Assembly (NCBI GenBank): GCA_043811855.1
Contig: JBDRMT010000026.1
Coordinates: forward strand, 1 to 53,336
DNA length: 53,336 bases
Source: an archaeon
Lineage (GTDB): Archaea > Nanobdellota > Nanobdellia > Pacearchaeales > GW2011-AR1
Reading direction: 5' to 3'
Position numbers and translations under genes: made by a program. The stretch's first letter is position 1; each line of letters starts with the position of its first letter. Shown here one piece after another: positions 41,994 through 51,602 of the stretch. A model generated the notes under the pieces. It ran no database searches. It saw only the letters and a list, made by a program, of their open reading frames with translations, and was not told where the DNA came from.

Positions 41994-43106
41994 TTACATA
42001 AAATTTGGATGATAAATTGGATCTCTTACAGAGGCTAATATTTCCCCTATATTCATATCTCCTAATATTTGGTTTGTTTTTATACCATATAAAAATTCAT
42101 TTATTTTCTCAAATCTACAATGTTTTTGACAATCTTTAAGATTAATTCTTTCATAAGCTTTTTTCCTTTGCTCTGATGCCCAAATCTCTTTAAAACTCTG
42201 CTTTGACAAGTCTCCATAACAAAACTCTTCTTTATTTTTTAAAACATAACAAGGATATACTTTTGCATTTGGAGAAACTACTGTATAAAAGTGATGCACA
42301 TTACATTCTTTATAGGTTTCGCAAGCTTTTTTTTCAGAAAGTAGTTCAAAACGGTTTGTTGTAGCAGAAACAAGAAAATTCTCATCACTTAACTGGACAC
42401 ATCTTTTTAATTCTTCCATTATAGAATCTAATTCTTCATCTTGGGGTTTTTGCATATTTCCCCAATTATAAAAAGGTCTGATTCTAATATTATCTACACT
42501 AAGTTCTTTTGCTAGCTTTGTTGCATTATAAACTCCCTTTATAGTATGTGGGCCAACTAAGTAGCAAATTCCTATAAGTATCTCACTTTTATTTTGTTTT
42601 TTTGCAAGAACTAATTTTCTAACATTATCAACTACTTCTTTAAACACTTCCTCACCCATTCCATGAGTTTTTTTATAAATATCTGGTCCATCTGCATCAA
42701 GACTAATTCTCATAAATGAACAACAATTAACTATCGCATCTATAAGATCATCAGACATACCATAACCATTAGTACTAATAGCACACTCAATATTATTATC
42801 ATTAATAAATCTCAATATTTCTGCTAAATTTGGATGACAAATAGGGTCTCCTCCCCCTCCAAGAACAATAGTTTTGATTCCAACCTCTTTGAATTGTAAG
42901 ATTATATTTTTAGCTAAATCAAGATTTAGGGTAGTATTATCCGCACCTATCCCAGTATCAAAACATAACGGACATTTATTATTACATTTATTTGTAAGAG
43001 TAAAATCAATTGCATGAGGAAAGGTGTTTCCTGTTTCTTTCCATTTTAGCAAACTATCTAAATGTTTCATAAGTTTATAACTGCTGTAAATAGTCTCTTT
43101 TTTCAT
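41994..43106 (-). CDS. radical SAM protein with C-terminal Cys-rich (SPASM/twitch-like) region
   Basis: The CX3CX2C motif is CNNKCPLC. C-terminal cysteines include CYVLKNKEEFCYG...CQKHC. Confidence 0.8.
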   Translation of the reverse strand: MKKETIYSSYKLMKHLDSLLKWKETGNTFPHAIDFTLTNKCNNKCPLCFDTGIGADNTTLNLDLAKNIILQFKEVGIKTIVLGGGGDPICHPNLAEILRFINDNNIECAISTNGYGMSDDLIDAIVNCCSFMRISLDADGPDIYKKTHGMGEEVFKEVVDNVRKLVLAKKQNKSEILIGICYLVGPHTIKGVYNATKLAKELSVDNIRIRPFYNWGNMQKPQDEELDSIMEELKRCVQLSDENFLVSATTNRFELLSEKKACETYKECNVHHFYTVVSPNAKVYPCYVLKNKEEFCYGDLSKQSFKEIWASEQRKKAYERINLKDCQKHCRFEKINEFLYGIKTNQILGDMNIGEILASVRDPIYHPNFM

Positions 43107-43109
43107 TTT

Positions 43110-44006
43110 TTATTCCTCAGTATTTTTAATACTGTAAAAAGTATTTTTAATATTTTCTATTATTTTTGGCAATTTTTCTTTAAAAACTTCTTGCGGACTC
43201 CATCCAAATAACTCTTTTGCTTGATGATTATTAAAAGCAAACCCATAATCTCCTCCTTCCATATTTTCTATTTCTATGTTTGGATCTAACATTCTTATGA
43301 ATTGTAAAATTGAAATTAAATTAGAATTACCTCCACCTGCATTAATCTTTTTACCATAATGATTAGAATCTAAAAATAATTGTATTAATCTTCCTAAATC
43401 ATCAACATGAAGAACATCTCTAACTTGTTTTCCTTTATTATTCACTCTTATTTTTTCTCCTTTTAAATAATTTTTAATTATACTTGTAATCCAATTTCCT
43501 TTAGAAGAATCAAAATCAGTATAACAAGTAGATAATCTTATTACAATACTCTTAGGCACACATTCTGAAATAAGTTCTCCAATCAACTTTGTTTTAGAAT
43601 ATGCAGTTTCAGGAGCAAAAGGTTGACTATCATCAATAAAACGTTTAAGAAAATAATAATCTTTTTTTTCAACAACATCTGATTCTTTTACACAATTACC
43701 AAAAACATCCTTTGTAGAAATATAAACAAGTTTTACATCTAAATCTTGAAGTGCATTAACTAGATTATGCATTCCTGCAACATTTACTTTATAACTTTGA
43801 TCATTTATTTTAAATGTTTTGTTAGCTTTATCAGCAATTGTAGCACAATTAACTACAGCATCAATCTTATTTTTTATAATAACCTCTTGATTAAGTGATA
43901 ATATATCTTGTTTTCTTCCCCACCCAATCACATTATTTTTTTTGCTTAAAAAAGAGTACAACCCTCTTCCTAAATAGCCTTCATGTCCTATTAAGAGTAT
44001 ATTCAT
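43110..44006 (-). CDS. NAD(P)-dependent sugar epimerase/reductase (SDR, RmlD-like)
   Basis: Motifs MNILLIGHEGYLGRGL and the YxxxK pair YSKTKLIGE. Confidence 0.75.
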   Translation of the reverse strand: MNILLIGHEGYLGRGLYSFLSKKNNVIGWGRKQDILSLNQEVIIKNKIDAVVNCATIADKANKTFKINDQSYKVNVAGMHNLVNALQDLDVKLVYISTKDVFGNCVKESDVVEKKDYYFLKRFIDDSQPFAPETAYSKTKLIGELISECVPKSIVIRLSTCYTDFDSSKGNWITSIIKNYLKGEKIRVNNKGKQVRDVLHVDDLGRLIQLFLDSNHYGKKINAGGGNSNLISILQFIRMLDPNIEIENMEGGDYGFAFNNHQAKELFGWSPQEVFKEKLPKIIENIKNTFYSIKNTEE

Positions 44007-44058
44007 TCTAAAAACTCCTTCTTTTAAATATAAACATAGAATCTCTATTTATAAAAAG

Positions 44059-44070
44059 TTTTTAAAGATT
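44059..44070 (-). promoter_or_regulatory. third copy of the AATCTTTAAAAA element, in a divergent spacer
   Basis: It lies within the exact 21-nt repeat at 44050-44070. It is 53-64 nt from the minus-strand ATG at 44006 and about 66 nt from the plus-strand ATG at 44136, so its assignment is ambiguous. Confidence 0.3.
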
Positions 44071-44135
44071 ATTACATATTACTGATATAAATCTACCCTA
44101 GTTAATTATTTAAACTAATATATTTCTATAATAAA

Positions 44136-45563
44136 ATGAAGACTATTCTGACTGAAAAAAGAGAAGAAAAAAGAAAACAAAGGGTAATGTTTGCAATTGC
44201 TCCATGGGATATGTGGGGAGGAGAAGATGACAGCGGATATCCTACAGGAATAGCTTATTTAGCAGCAGTTTTAGAAAGAGAAGGTTATGAAGTTTCTGTT
44301 CTTAATCTAACATATACAAGATATGAAGATGTAATAGAGGATGTTAAAAGAAAAATAAAAGAAATAAACCCTGATATTTTTGGAATAAATATTATGACTA
44401 ATAGTAGGAATTCAGCATTAAAATTACTAAATGTTGTCAAAGAAATAAATCCAAATATTCCTATTATTGCAGGAGGAGTTCATACTACAATTTTACCTGA
44501 ACAAGTTCTTAATAATTTTCCAGTTGATTTTTTAGTTTTAGGAGAAGGTGAAATAACCTTAACTGAATTAGTTTCAACCTTAAAAGAAAAAAAACCTCTT
44601 AAAGATTTTAAAAAAATAAAAGGAATAGCATTTAAATATAATGGAGAGATTTTAACTACAGAAAAAAGAGAGAGAATTAGAGATCTTGATTCTTTACCTA
44701 TTCCAAAACATGAGCTTTTTTCAGAAATAATAGAAAAAAGTGGAGAAGCATCAGTAATGACTTCAAGAGGATGCCCTTATGCTTGCTCATTTTGTCCAAG
44801 TTCTGTTCATTGGGGAAGATATATGATTCAGAGAAGTGTAGAAAACGTTTTTAAAGAAGTACAGTATCTTATTGAAAGATTCCCAAGTTTAAAATCTATT
44901 TTCTTTTTTGATGATGAATTTATTTGTAATAAAGAAAGAGTTATAAAATTGTGTAAAATGATGATTGATAATAATGTTAATATTGGTTGGACTTGTTTAG
45001 GAAGAGTTACTTCAATAGATGAGGAATTAGTAAGTTGGATGAAAAGAGCAGGTTGCAAAGAAATGATTTTTGGTGTTGAAAGTGGTTCTCAAAAGATTTT
45101 AGATGCCTTAGGTAAAAAAGTTAAAATTCATCAGATTGTTGAAGCCTTTAGAATTTGTAAGAAATATAAAATCCCAACAAGATGTTTAACAATTATTGGT
45201 TTACCAGGAGAAAATTCTCAAACAGTTAAAGAAACAATTAAGTTAGTTAAAAAAGTAAGAGATACTTCTGAACCTGCAATATTACTTGTTTTTCCAGGAA
45301 CAAGAATCTATGAAATAGCCAAAGAAAAAGGAGTTTTAGATGATGAATACTGGTTATCTGATAAATTAGTGCCTTTTTATACTGGAGAACATTCAAAAAT
45401 GCAACTATGGTGGTGGTCTTTTAAAGTAGGATTTTATAGTCGTTTATATGCTAAACCCTTTAGCCTTTTTGAATTTTTTAATCGTAAAATCCTTCAAAAA
45501 TTAGATAATATTCAGGGTTTTAAAAGAATTTTTAAAAGATATGTAACAAATAAGACTGATTAA
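44136..45563 (+). CDS. cobalamin-binding (class B) radical SAM protein
   Basis: The B12-domain pattern is GIAYLAAVLE...IIAGGVHTT...VLGEGE. The radical SAM motif is SRGCPYACSFC. Confidence 0.85.
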   Translation: MKTILTEKREEKRKQRVMFAIAPWDMWGGEDDSGYPTGIAYLAAVLEREGYEVSVLNLTYTRYEDVIEDVKRKIKEINPDIFGINIMTNSRNSALKLLNVVKEINPNIPIIAGGVHTTILPEQVLNNFPVDFLVLGEGEITLTELVSTLKEKKPLKDFKKIKGIAFKYNGEILTTEKRERIRDLDSLPIPKHELFSEIIEKSGEASVMTSRGCPYACSFCPSSVHWGRYMIQRSVENVFKEVQYLIERFPSLKSIFFFDDEFICNKERVIKLCKMMIDNNVNIGWTCLGRVTSIDEELVSWMKRAGCKEMIFGVESGSQKILDALGKKVKIHQIVEAFRICKKYKIPTRCLTIIGLPGENSQTVKETIKLVKKVRDTSEPAILLVFPGTRIYEIAKEKGVLDDEYWLSDKLVPFYTGEHSKMQLWWWSFKVGFYSRLYAKPFSLFEFFNRKILQKLDNIQGFKRIFKRYVTNKTD

Positions 45564-45564
45564 G

Positions 45565-47247
45565 ATGGTTATAAAGAATTCAAAAATAATAAGATATTTT
45601 AAGGATAAGAGAATTCTTATTGCAGGAGTAAATGTTGAAGATCAAGAAGCAAACAACATAGATTTACATTCATTATTTAAAACTGCATTCAAAAAAGTAA
45701 TAACCTTTGATTTAAGAAAACAATATTTTTTACATGGTAGCAAAACTTTAAATGAAAACTTTATAAATATTTTAAAAAAAGAAACTCCAGAGTATATACT
45801 TCTTATATTAGGTTATGATGAACTTGATTTAGAGTCTCTAAAAAAAATAAAAGAAATATGCCCAAATACCAAGGTTTTTATACAATATGGTGATGATCGA
45901 TGGAAATTTGATGACTGGGCAAGATACTACTCATTGTTCTCAGACTATGTATTAACTACAGAAAAAGAAAACTCTTATTATAAAGAAGATGGAATAAATG
46001 ATGTTTACCCCTGGTATGGAGTTGATATAAAACTTTTCAAACCTAATAATCTAAAAAAAATCTATGATACTTCTTTTATTGGATGCCCAATGTCAAATAG
46101 AGGGGATTATGTCAAATTCTTAACAGATAAAGTAAATATAAAATTATTTGGAGGAGGATGGGATGCATATCCAGAACTAAAAAAAGTTTATAAAGGCTAT
46201 TTAGATTCAGAAGAATATTCTAATACTATCAACAAGACTAAAATAAATATAAGTTTTTCAAAATCTTATTATCCTGGAAGAGGAGATACTCATTTTAAAT
46301 CAAGACTTTTTGAAGTTTTTGCTACTAACTCTTTTTTACTTGTAGAATATTATCCTCAATTAAAACTTTATTATAATAAGTACTATGATAAGATATCATT
46401 CAACTCAAAAAATGAACTTCTTAAAAAAATAAAATATTATCTTGAGAATGAAGAAGAAATGAAAAAAATGACAGAATATTTTTATAAAGAAACAATTAAA
46501 AATTATTCTTGGGAAAAACAATTAGAAAATCTACTACATATTCTATATAAAGATAGGGATAGAAAACCAAAAAAAGAACTTCCAAAATTAAAAAACAAGA
46601 TTATAGAATTAAATGAAGAAGACCTTAAAAAACCATCAGACTATTTAAAACAAAAAACAAAAAGTTTTGATTATATATGTTTTAAAAAAGATGAAACTTT
46701 ACCTTCAAAATATAAAACTTATTTTCAAATATATTCTTTAGAAAAATCTAAAAAACAAATAAGTTGCTGTGATTATCATCTTTATTCAAAAAAGCTAGGA
46801 GATTATATGCTTTTTACTGCAAAAAGAGCCTTTGAAACCATTGAAGATAAAAATAATTTTAATAAATTGTTAAATATAAATCAGATAGCAGTAACAAAGA
46901 ACTTCTTTTTTAATAATCTTAAAAAATTCAAAAAAATATTTAATAATGATACTATAGATTTTATTAATAATGATAATACTGTTTTTATTTCCATACCCTT
47001 AGTGCAAATTAAAAACCTAAGGATCAAGAGTGATAATGAGATTAATAAAGCTTTTAGAATGAAATTTTTTGATAAACTTTATCTATTAATTCAATCTAAA
47101 AAAATAATATCAAATAGATATATTTATGATTTTTTTATAGAATCTCTGTTTAGAGGAGATTTTTTGTTACTAAAGTCATTTTTTGGATATATCTTTAACA
47201 AAGAAAATTTAATAAGGCTTGTAGCAGTTAAAAGAAGTGTAAACTAA
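45565..47247 (+). CDS. CgeB-like (DUF3880-type) glycosyltransferase with extra C-terminal domain
   Basis: HFKSRLFEVFATNSFLLVEY and LKKIKYYLENEEEMKKM resemble the CgeB/Glyco_trans_1_2 C-terminal region. The last roughly 230 aa are unassigned. Confidence 0.5.
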   Translation: MVIKNSKIIRYFKDKRILIAGVNVEDQEANNIDLHSLFKTAFKKVITFDLRKQYFLHGSKTLNENFINILKKETPEYILLILGYDELDLESLKKIKEICPNTKVFIQYGDDRWKFDDWARYYSLFSDYVLTTEKENSYYKEDGINDVYPWYGVDIKLFKPNNLKKIYDTSFIGCPMSNRGDYVKFLTDKVNIKLFGGGWDAYPELKKVYKGYLDSEEYSNTINKTKINISFSKSYYPGRGDTHFKSRLFEVFATNSFLLVEYYPQLKLYYNKYYDKISFNSKNELLKKIKYYLENEEEMKKMTEYFYKETIKNYSWEKQLENLLHILYKDRDRKPKKELPKLKNKIIELNEEDLKKPSDYLKQKTKSFDYICFKKDETLPSKYKTYFQIYSLEKSKKQISCCDYHLYSKKLGDYMLFTAKRAFETIEDKNNFNKLLNINQIAVTKNFFFNNLKKFKKIFNNDTIDFINNDNTVFISIPLVQIKNLRIKSDNEINKAFRMKFFDKLYLLIQSKKIISNRYIYDFFIESLFRGDFLLLKSFFGYIFNKENLIRLVAVKRSVN

Positions 47248-47256
47248 TCTAATTTA

Positions 47257-47430
47257 AAATGAAATCAAAAAACATATTAATAAAACCTGTGAAAATCAAG
47301 AATATTATTAACTTATACAATTACAAGGAGAGTATACTGGAATCTATAAGCAAGAATACACTAGCACCCTAAGTTTGTAGGATATTAATACATAATAAAA
47401 TTTAAACCAAAAATAAATGAAATCAAAAAA
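47257..47430 (+). repeat. spacer element bounded by an exact 16-nt direct repeat that contains the start of the flippase gene
   Basis: aaatgaaatcaaaaaa occurs at 47257-47272 and 47415-47430. The internal block 47298-47390 is homologous to 51378-51470. Confidence 0.8.
47259..47372 (+). CDS. candidate 37-aa peptide ORF inside the spacer element
   Basis: The product is MKSKNILIKPVKIKNIINLYNYKESILESISKNTLAP*. It shares in-frame KNIxNLYNxK and SKxxLA blocks with the ORF at 51351-51473, including synonymous differences. Confidence 0.35.
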   Translation: MKSKNILIKPVKIKNIINLYNYKESILESISKNTLAP

Positions 47431-48994
47431 AGAAGGACCTGGTGAAATTGATAATTATCTTAAAAGGCTAGTTAAAACTTCTATTTTTGTTTTTTTAAGC
47501 TTAATACTATCTAAAATATTTACCTATCTTTACAGAATTATAATTGCAAGATCTTTTGGAGCAGAAGTATATGGATTATATTCTCTAGCTATGATGGTTA
47601 CTGGAATTTTAATAGCTTTTTCAGCATTAGGATTAGGAGCTGGGATTTTAAGATATTTTTCTTATTATAGAGGGAAAAAGGAAACAAGTAAAATAAAATA
47701 TATTTTAAGATCTTCTTCAAAAATATTAATCTTATCAAGTATATTTTTTATGCTATTTCAGTTTTTTTCAGCAGAGTTTATTGCTGTAAATCTATTTCAT
47801 GATGAAAGTCTTATATTATACTTAAAATGGTTTAGTATTACAATCCCCTTACTAACAATAGGATATATTTTTATATACGCTTTAAAGTCCTTTGAAAAAA
47901 CAAATTGGTCTTCTTTTTCAGAAAATATCTCTCAAAACTTAGTTCAATTTATTTTTATTGTGTTATTAATCTTTTTAGGTTTAAGAGAAATTTCAATAAT
48001 GTTTTCACATATTGCAGGAGCTGCATTTTTATTTATAATAGGGTTTATAATTTGTAAATATAAATTACCTGAAATTTTTAAGAGTTATAAATTAAATAAA
48101 AAAGAAAAAAGCAAGGTAAGAAAAGAATTATTTAACTATTCTTGGCCATTAATGCTTTTTACAATAATTTCCTCGTTTTTCTATTGGATAGATACATTTG
48201 CAATAGGTTATTTTCAAAATACACTTGAAGTTGGACTTTATAATGCAGCAGTCCCAATAGTTTCTCTTCTTTATATTGCTCCAACAATATTTGTCCAACT
48301 GCTTTTTCCACTAATTACAAAAGAATATGCAAAAAAGAATTATAATACAATAAAAGAGCTTAGTAAACAAGTAACAAAATGGATATTAATCTTAAATTTA
48401 CCAATGTTAGCAATTATGCTCTTATTTCCTGGAACAATTCTAAATATTCTTTTTGGAGCAGAATTTGTAACTACAGCAACAGAAAACGCTTTAAGGTTAT
48501 TAGCAATAGGAGTATTTTTTCCTGCAACACTCTTTATATCAAACAACCTAATATCTATGGCAGGAAAATCAAAAACAATCCTTTTAAATATGGTAGTTGT
48601 AGCCATAGTTAACATAGTATTGAATATTCTTTTAGTTCCAAAATATGGAATAGAAGGTGCAGCATTTTCAACAATGATTTCATCTGTTTTACTTGGATTA
48701 ATGTTCTTACTTCAAGGAAAATATTATTTATCAATAGTCCCATTTAGAAGGAAAATGTTAAGAATAGTTCTTGCAATAATTATTCCATCTATTATAATCT
48801 TTTACTTAAGAACCATAATTGAAATAAATATTTTAAATGTAATCACTGTTGCAATATTCTTTTTATTAATCTATATTCTATCCATAATAGTAACAGGATG
48901 TTTAGATAGAAATGATATTATGATTATAGATTCTTTTTTAAAAGGACATAAAAATTTAAAAGGTCTTTTTCATAGTGTTGAACATAAAGTATAA
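47417..48994 (+). CDS. wzx: oligosaccharide/polysaccharide flippase (Wzx, MOP superfamily)
   Basis: 525 aa with about 14 TM segments and the typical polysaccharide-biosynthesis-protein layout. Confidence 0.8.
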   Translation: MKSKKEGPGEIDNYLKRLVKTSIFVFLSLILSKIFTYLYRIIIARSFGAEVYGLYSLAMMVTGILIAFSALGLGAGILRYFSYYRGKKETSKIKYILRSSSKILILSSIFFMLFQFFSAEFIAVNLFHDESLILYLKWFSITIPLLTIGYIFIYALKSFEKTNWSSFSENISQNLVQFIFIVLLIFLGLREISIMFSHIAGAAFLFIIGFIICKYKLPEIFKSYKLNKKEKSKVRKELFNYSWPLMLFTIISSFFYWIDTFAIGYFQNTLEVGLYNAAVPIVSLLYIAPTIFVQLLFPLITKEYAKKNYNTIKELSKQVTKWILILNLPMLAIMLLFPGTILNILFGAEFVTTATENALRLLAIGVFFPATLFISNNLISMAGKSKTILLNMVVVAIVNIVLNILLVPKYGIEGAAFSTMISSVLLGLMFLLQGKYYLSIVPFRRKMLRIVLAIIIPSIIIFYLRTIIEINILNVITVAIFFLLIYILSIIVTGCLDRNDIMIIDSFLKGHKNLKGLFHSVEHKV

Positions 48995-48996
48995 AA

Positions 48997-49857
48997 ATGG
49001 TTTCAATAAAAAGTAAGATTTATAGTATGCTTCCAAAGAACATGCAAAAAAAAACAAAAAGTTTTTATTATGATTCTATTTTATATCCTATTAACAAGCT
49101 TAAAAATAAAATAAAATATGGTGAATCTGATTTTTTTGATACAATCTGTATAGAAACAACAACTCATTGCAATTTAAGATGTGATTTTTGCCCAAATAAG
49201 ATATATGAAAGAGGAACATTAAAAAATAAAAAACTTATGGATGAAGAACTCTTTAAAAAAATAATAAATCAACTTGCAGAAGTAAAATTTAAAGGAACAA
49301 TCATGCCTCATTTTTATGGAGAACCTCTAACAGATGAAAGACTTACTGATTGGGTTTCTTATATAAAAGAAAAACTTCCTAAATCAAGAATTGAAATAAA
49401 TTCAAACGGTATTTTATTAACTCCAGAAATTTATAAACAACTAATAAATGCAGGAGCAGATAGCTTTACAATTTCTCAATACACTCCTGAAATGACAGAG
49501 GGAATGAAACAAGTATTTGAATATCTTAAAAAAAGACCTAAAGAAAATAAAATAAATTATAGAGTTTTTAAGGAAGATACTGCTATTTGTAATAGGGGAG
49601 GAGAGATTGAAGTTAAAAAACCTTGGGAAAAACCCTTGTGTACTTATCCTATTAATTTTATAAATATTGATTATAATGGAAATATGGTTATATGTTGTAA
49701 TGATTATCATAGTTCTATAAAATTAGGAAATCTAAATCAAGAAAGATTAATAGATATCTGGTTTAAACCTTATTATAAAAATCTTAGAAAAAGCTTAAGA
49801 AAAGGAGTTTATGATCTTTTAATTTGCAAAAGGTGTGTAGGTGAAATCACCTCTTAA
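48997..49857 (+). CDS. radical SAM protein with C-terminal Cys cluster (SPASM/twitch-like)
   Basis: The CX3CX2C motif is CNLRCDFC. C-terminal cysteines include CNRGG, CTYP, VICCNDYH, CKRC. Confidence 0.8.
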   Translation: MVSIKSKIYSMLPKNMQKKTKSFYYDSILYPINKLKNKIKYGESDFFDTICIETTTHCNLRCDFCPNKIYERGTLKNKKLMDEELFKKIINQLAEVKFKGTIMPHFYGEPLTDERLTDWVSYIKEKLPKSRIEINSNGILLTPEIYKQLINAGADSFTISQYTPEMTEGMKQVFEYLKKRPKENKINYRVFKEDTAICNRGGEIEVKKPWEKPLCTYPINFINIDYNGNMVICCNDYHSSIKLGNLNQERLIDIWFKPYYKNLRKSLRKGVYDLLICKRCVGEITS

Positions 49858-49883
49858 TATCAATTCTCTCAACCCAATAGAAT

Positions 49884-49895
49884 AATCTTTAAAAA
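49884..49895 (+). promoter_or_regulatory. BRE/TATA-like promoter element AATCTTTAAAAA
   Basis: It is centred about 25 nt upstream of the ATG at 49917, which would give a leaderless or near-leaderless mRNA. Confidence 0.45.
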
Positions 49896-49916
49896 GGATT
49901 TTTATATTGTATAAAA

Positions 49917-51347
49917 ATGGCAAAAGTCTTACTAGTTCAACCAAACAAAAATCTGCAATTAAATACAACTTTCTATAAAACAGAAATGCCTATTAGTCTA
50001 GTTTATATGGGAACTGCAATTGAAGAGAAACACGATGTAAAAATCTATGATAGAAACTTAAATGTTAGTGATTCTGATTTTTTAAGATTTTTAAAAAGAT
50101 ATAACCCAGACATAATTGGTTTCACACTAATGACTTCTGAAATGATAATTGATTTTATGCATCTTGGAAAAATAATTAAAAAAGAATTTCCAGAAAAAAT
50201 AATTATTGTAGGAGGAGTGCATACAACAATAGAACCTGATTCAGTTTTAAATGAATCTTATGTAGATTATATAATAAGAGGAGAAGGTGAAGAAACATTT
50301 TTAGAGTTCTGCAATACTTTTGATAAAAATCCTAGAGATTTAAAGAAAATTAAAAATATTAATCATAATCCATTAAGACCTTTTGTAAATATGGATGATT
50401 TAGAACTTCCAAATTATAATTTAGTTAATTTAAAGAAATATGGAACTTATTTTATACATCTAAGTAGAGGATGTCCAGGTAATTGTACTTTTTGTTATAG
50501 TTGTGGAATGTGGGGGGTTAATAATAGGCCTTTAGTTAGAAGTTATGGGACTGAAAAAATAATGAATTTTTTTAAGAAAGTTGTTAATGAATATGATTTA
50601 AAGTATTTTACAATTTCTGATGATAATTTTATACCTTTTAAATCAAGAGCTATTAAGGTTTGTAATTTTTTAAAGGATTATAATGTACATTTTTTCTGTT
50701 ATGGAAGAGCAGATTATGTAAGTGATGAAATATTAAGACCTTTAAAAAAAGCAGGATGTCATACTATCCAAATAGGAGTTGAGTCTGGAAGTCAAAGAAT
50801 CTTAGATCTTCTTAATAAAAGAACAACAATAAAACAAAATGCTGATGCAATCGCTTGCTGTAAAAGAAATAAAATACACTGCGATGCTAGTCTTATGATT
50901 GGAATGCCAACAGAAACTAGAGAAGATTTAAAGATGACTCTAGATTTTCTTAAAAAAACAAGACCCAACACAGTAAATTTAAAAGTTTATAATCCTCTTC
51001 CTGGTCCTCCTTTATTTGATTATTGTGTTGAAAAAGGTTTATTAAAAAAACCAGAAAATCTAGAAGGTTGGAGTAAATGGGCAGGAGGTTTTTTCAGAGT
51101 CCAACATAATGTTAGTGAAATTCCAAATCAAGAACTTATGGCAGCTTCAAGAGAAGGAGAAAGTATAGATTATTATAAAAATAAGTTTAAAAAATTTATA
51201 TACTGGTTAAAAGCAGGAAATTGGGATTATGTATTAAGACAATCAAGATTACTTGTAAAGACTCCAAGAGGGTTAAAAATACCCTTAATAGGTTATTTAA
51301 AAGCTCCAGATACTTATGATGAAAATAAGCCTGAAAGAAATTTTTAA
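49917..51347 (+). CDS. cobalamin-binding (class B) radical SAM protein (paralog of 44136-45563)
   Basis: The B12-domain pattern is LVYMGTAIEE...IIVGGVHTT...IRGEGE. The radical SAM motif is SRGCPGNCTFC. Confidence 0.85.
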   Translation: MAKVLLVQPNKNLQLNTTFYKTEMPISLVYMGTAIEEKHDVKIYDRNLNVSDSDFLRFLKRYNPDIIGFTLMTSEMIIDFMHLGKIIKKEFPEKIIIVGGVHTTIEPDSVLNESYVDYIIRGEGEETFLEFCNTFDKNPRDLKKIKNINHNPLRPFVNMDDLELPNYNLVNLKKYGTYFIHLSRGCPGNCTFCYSCGMWGVNNRPLVRSYGTEKIMNFFKKVVNEYDLKYFTISDDNFIPFKSRAIKVCNFLKDYNVHFFCYGRADYVSDEILRPLKKAGCHTIQIGVESGSQRILDLLNKRTTIKQNADAIACCKRNKIHCDASLMIGMPTETREDLKMTLDFLKKTRPNTVNLKVYNPLPGPPLFDYCVEKGLLKKPENLEGWSKWAGGFFRVQHNVSEIPNQELMAASREGESIDYYKNKFKKFIYWLKAGNWDYVLRQSRLLVKTPRGLKIPLIGYLKAPDTYDENKPERNF

Positions 51348-51349
51348 AA

Positions 51350-51602
51350 AATGAAAAACAATAAATTAAAATTTAAAAAGAATATTAGGAATTTATACAA
51401 TCATAAGGGGATATGTGGTACTCTAGAAAGCAAGAGTAGCCTTGCGTGTAATGTTTATGAAATACTAATATAATCTATAAAATATGAATATAAAAGTTAA
51501 TATAAATAAAATAAATAACTCTTAAACTTACATGCTTAAACTACTCTTGCTAGTAAGATTATAAAATACTGAAACTAACACAAAACAATGAAAAACAATA
51601 AA
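51350..51602 (+). repeat. second spacer element, bounded by an exact 16-nt direct repeat that contains the start of the downstream GT gene
   Basis: aatgaaaaacaataaa occurs at 51350-51365 and 51587-51602. The internal block is homologous to 47298-47390. An internal 11-nt inverted repeat pairs agcaagagtag (51429-51439) with ctactcttgct (51541-51551). Confidence 0.8.
51351..51473 (+). CDS. candidate 40-aa peptide ORF inside the spacer element
   Basis: The product is MKNNKLKFKKNIRNLYNHKGICGTLESKSSLACNVYEILI*. It is a paralog of the ORF at 47259-47372. Confidence 0.35.
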   Translation: MKNNKLKFKKNIRNLYNHKGICGTLESKSSLACNVYEILI

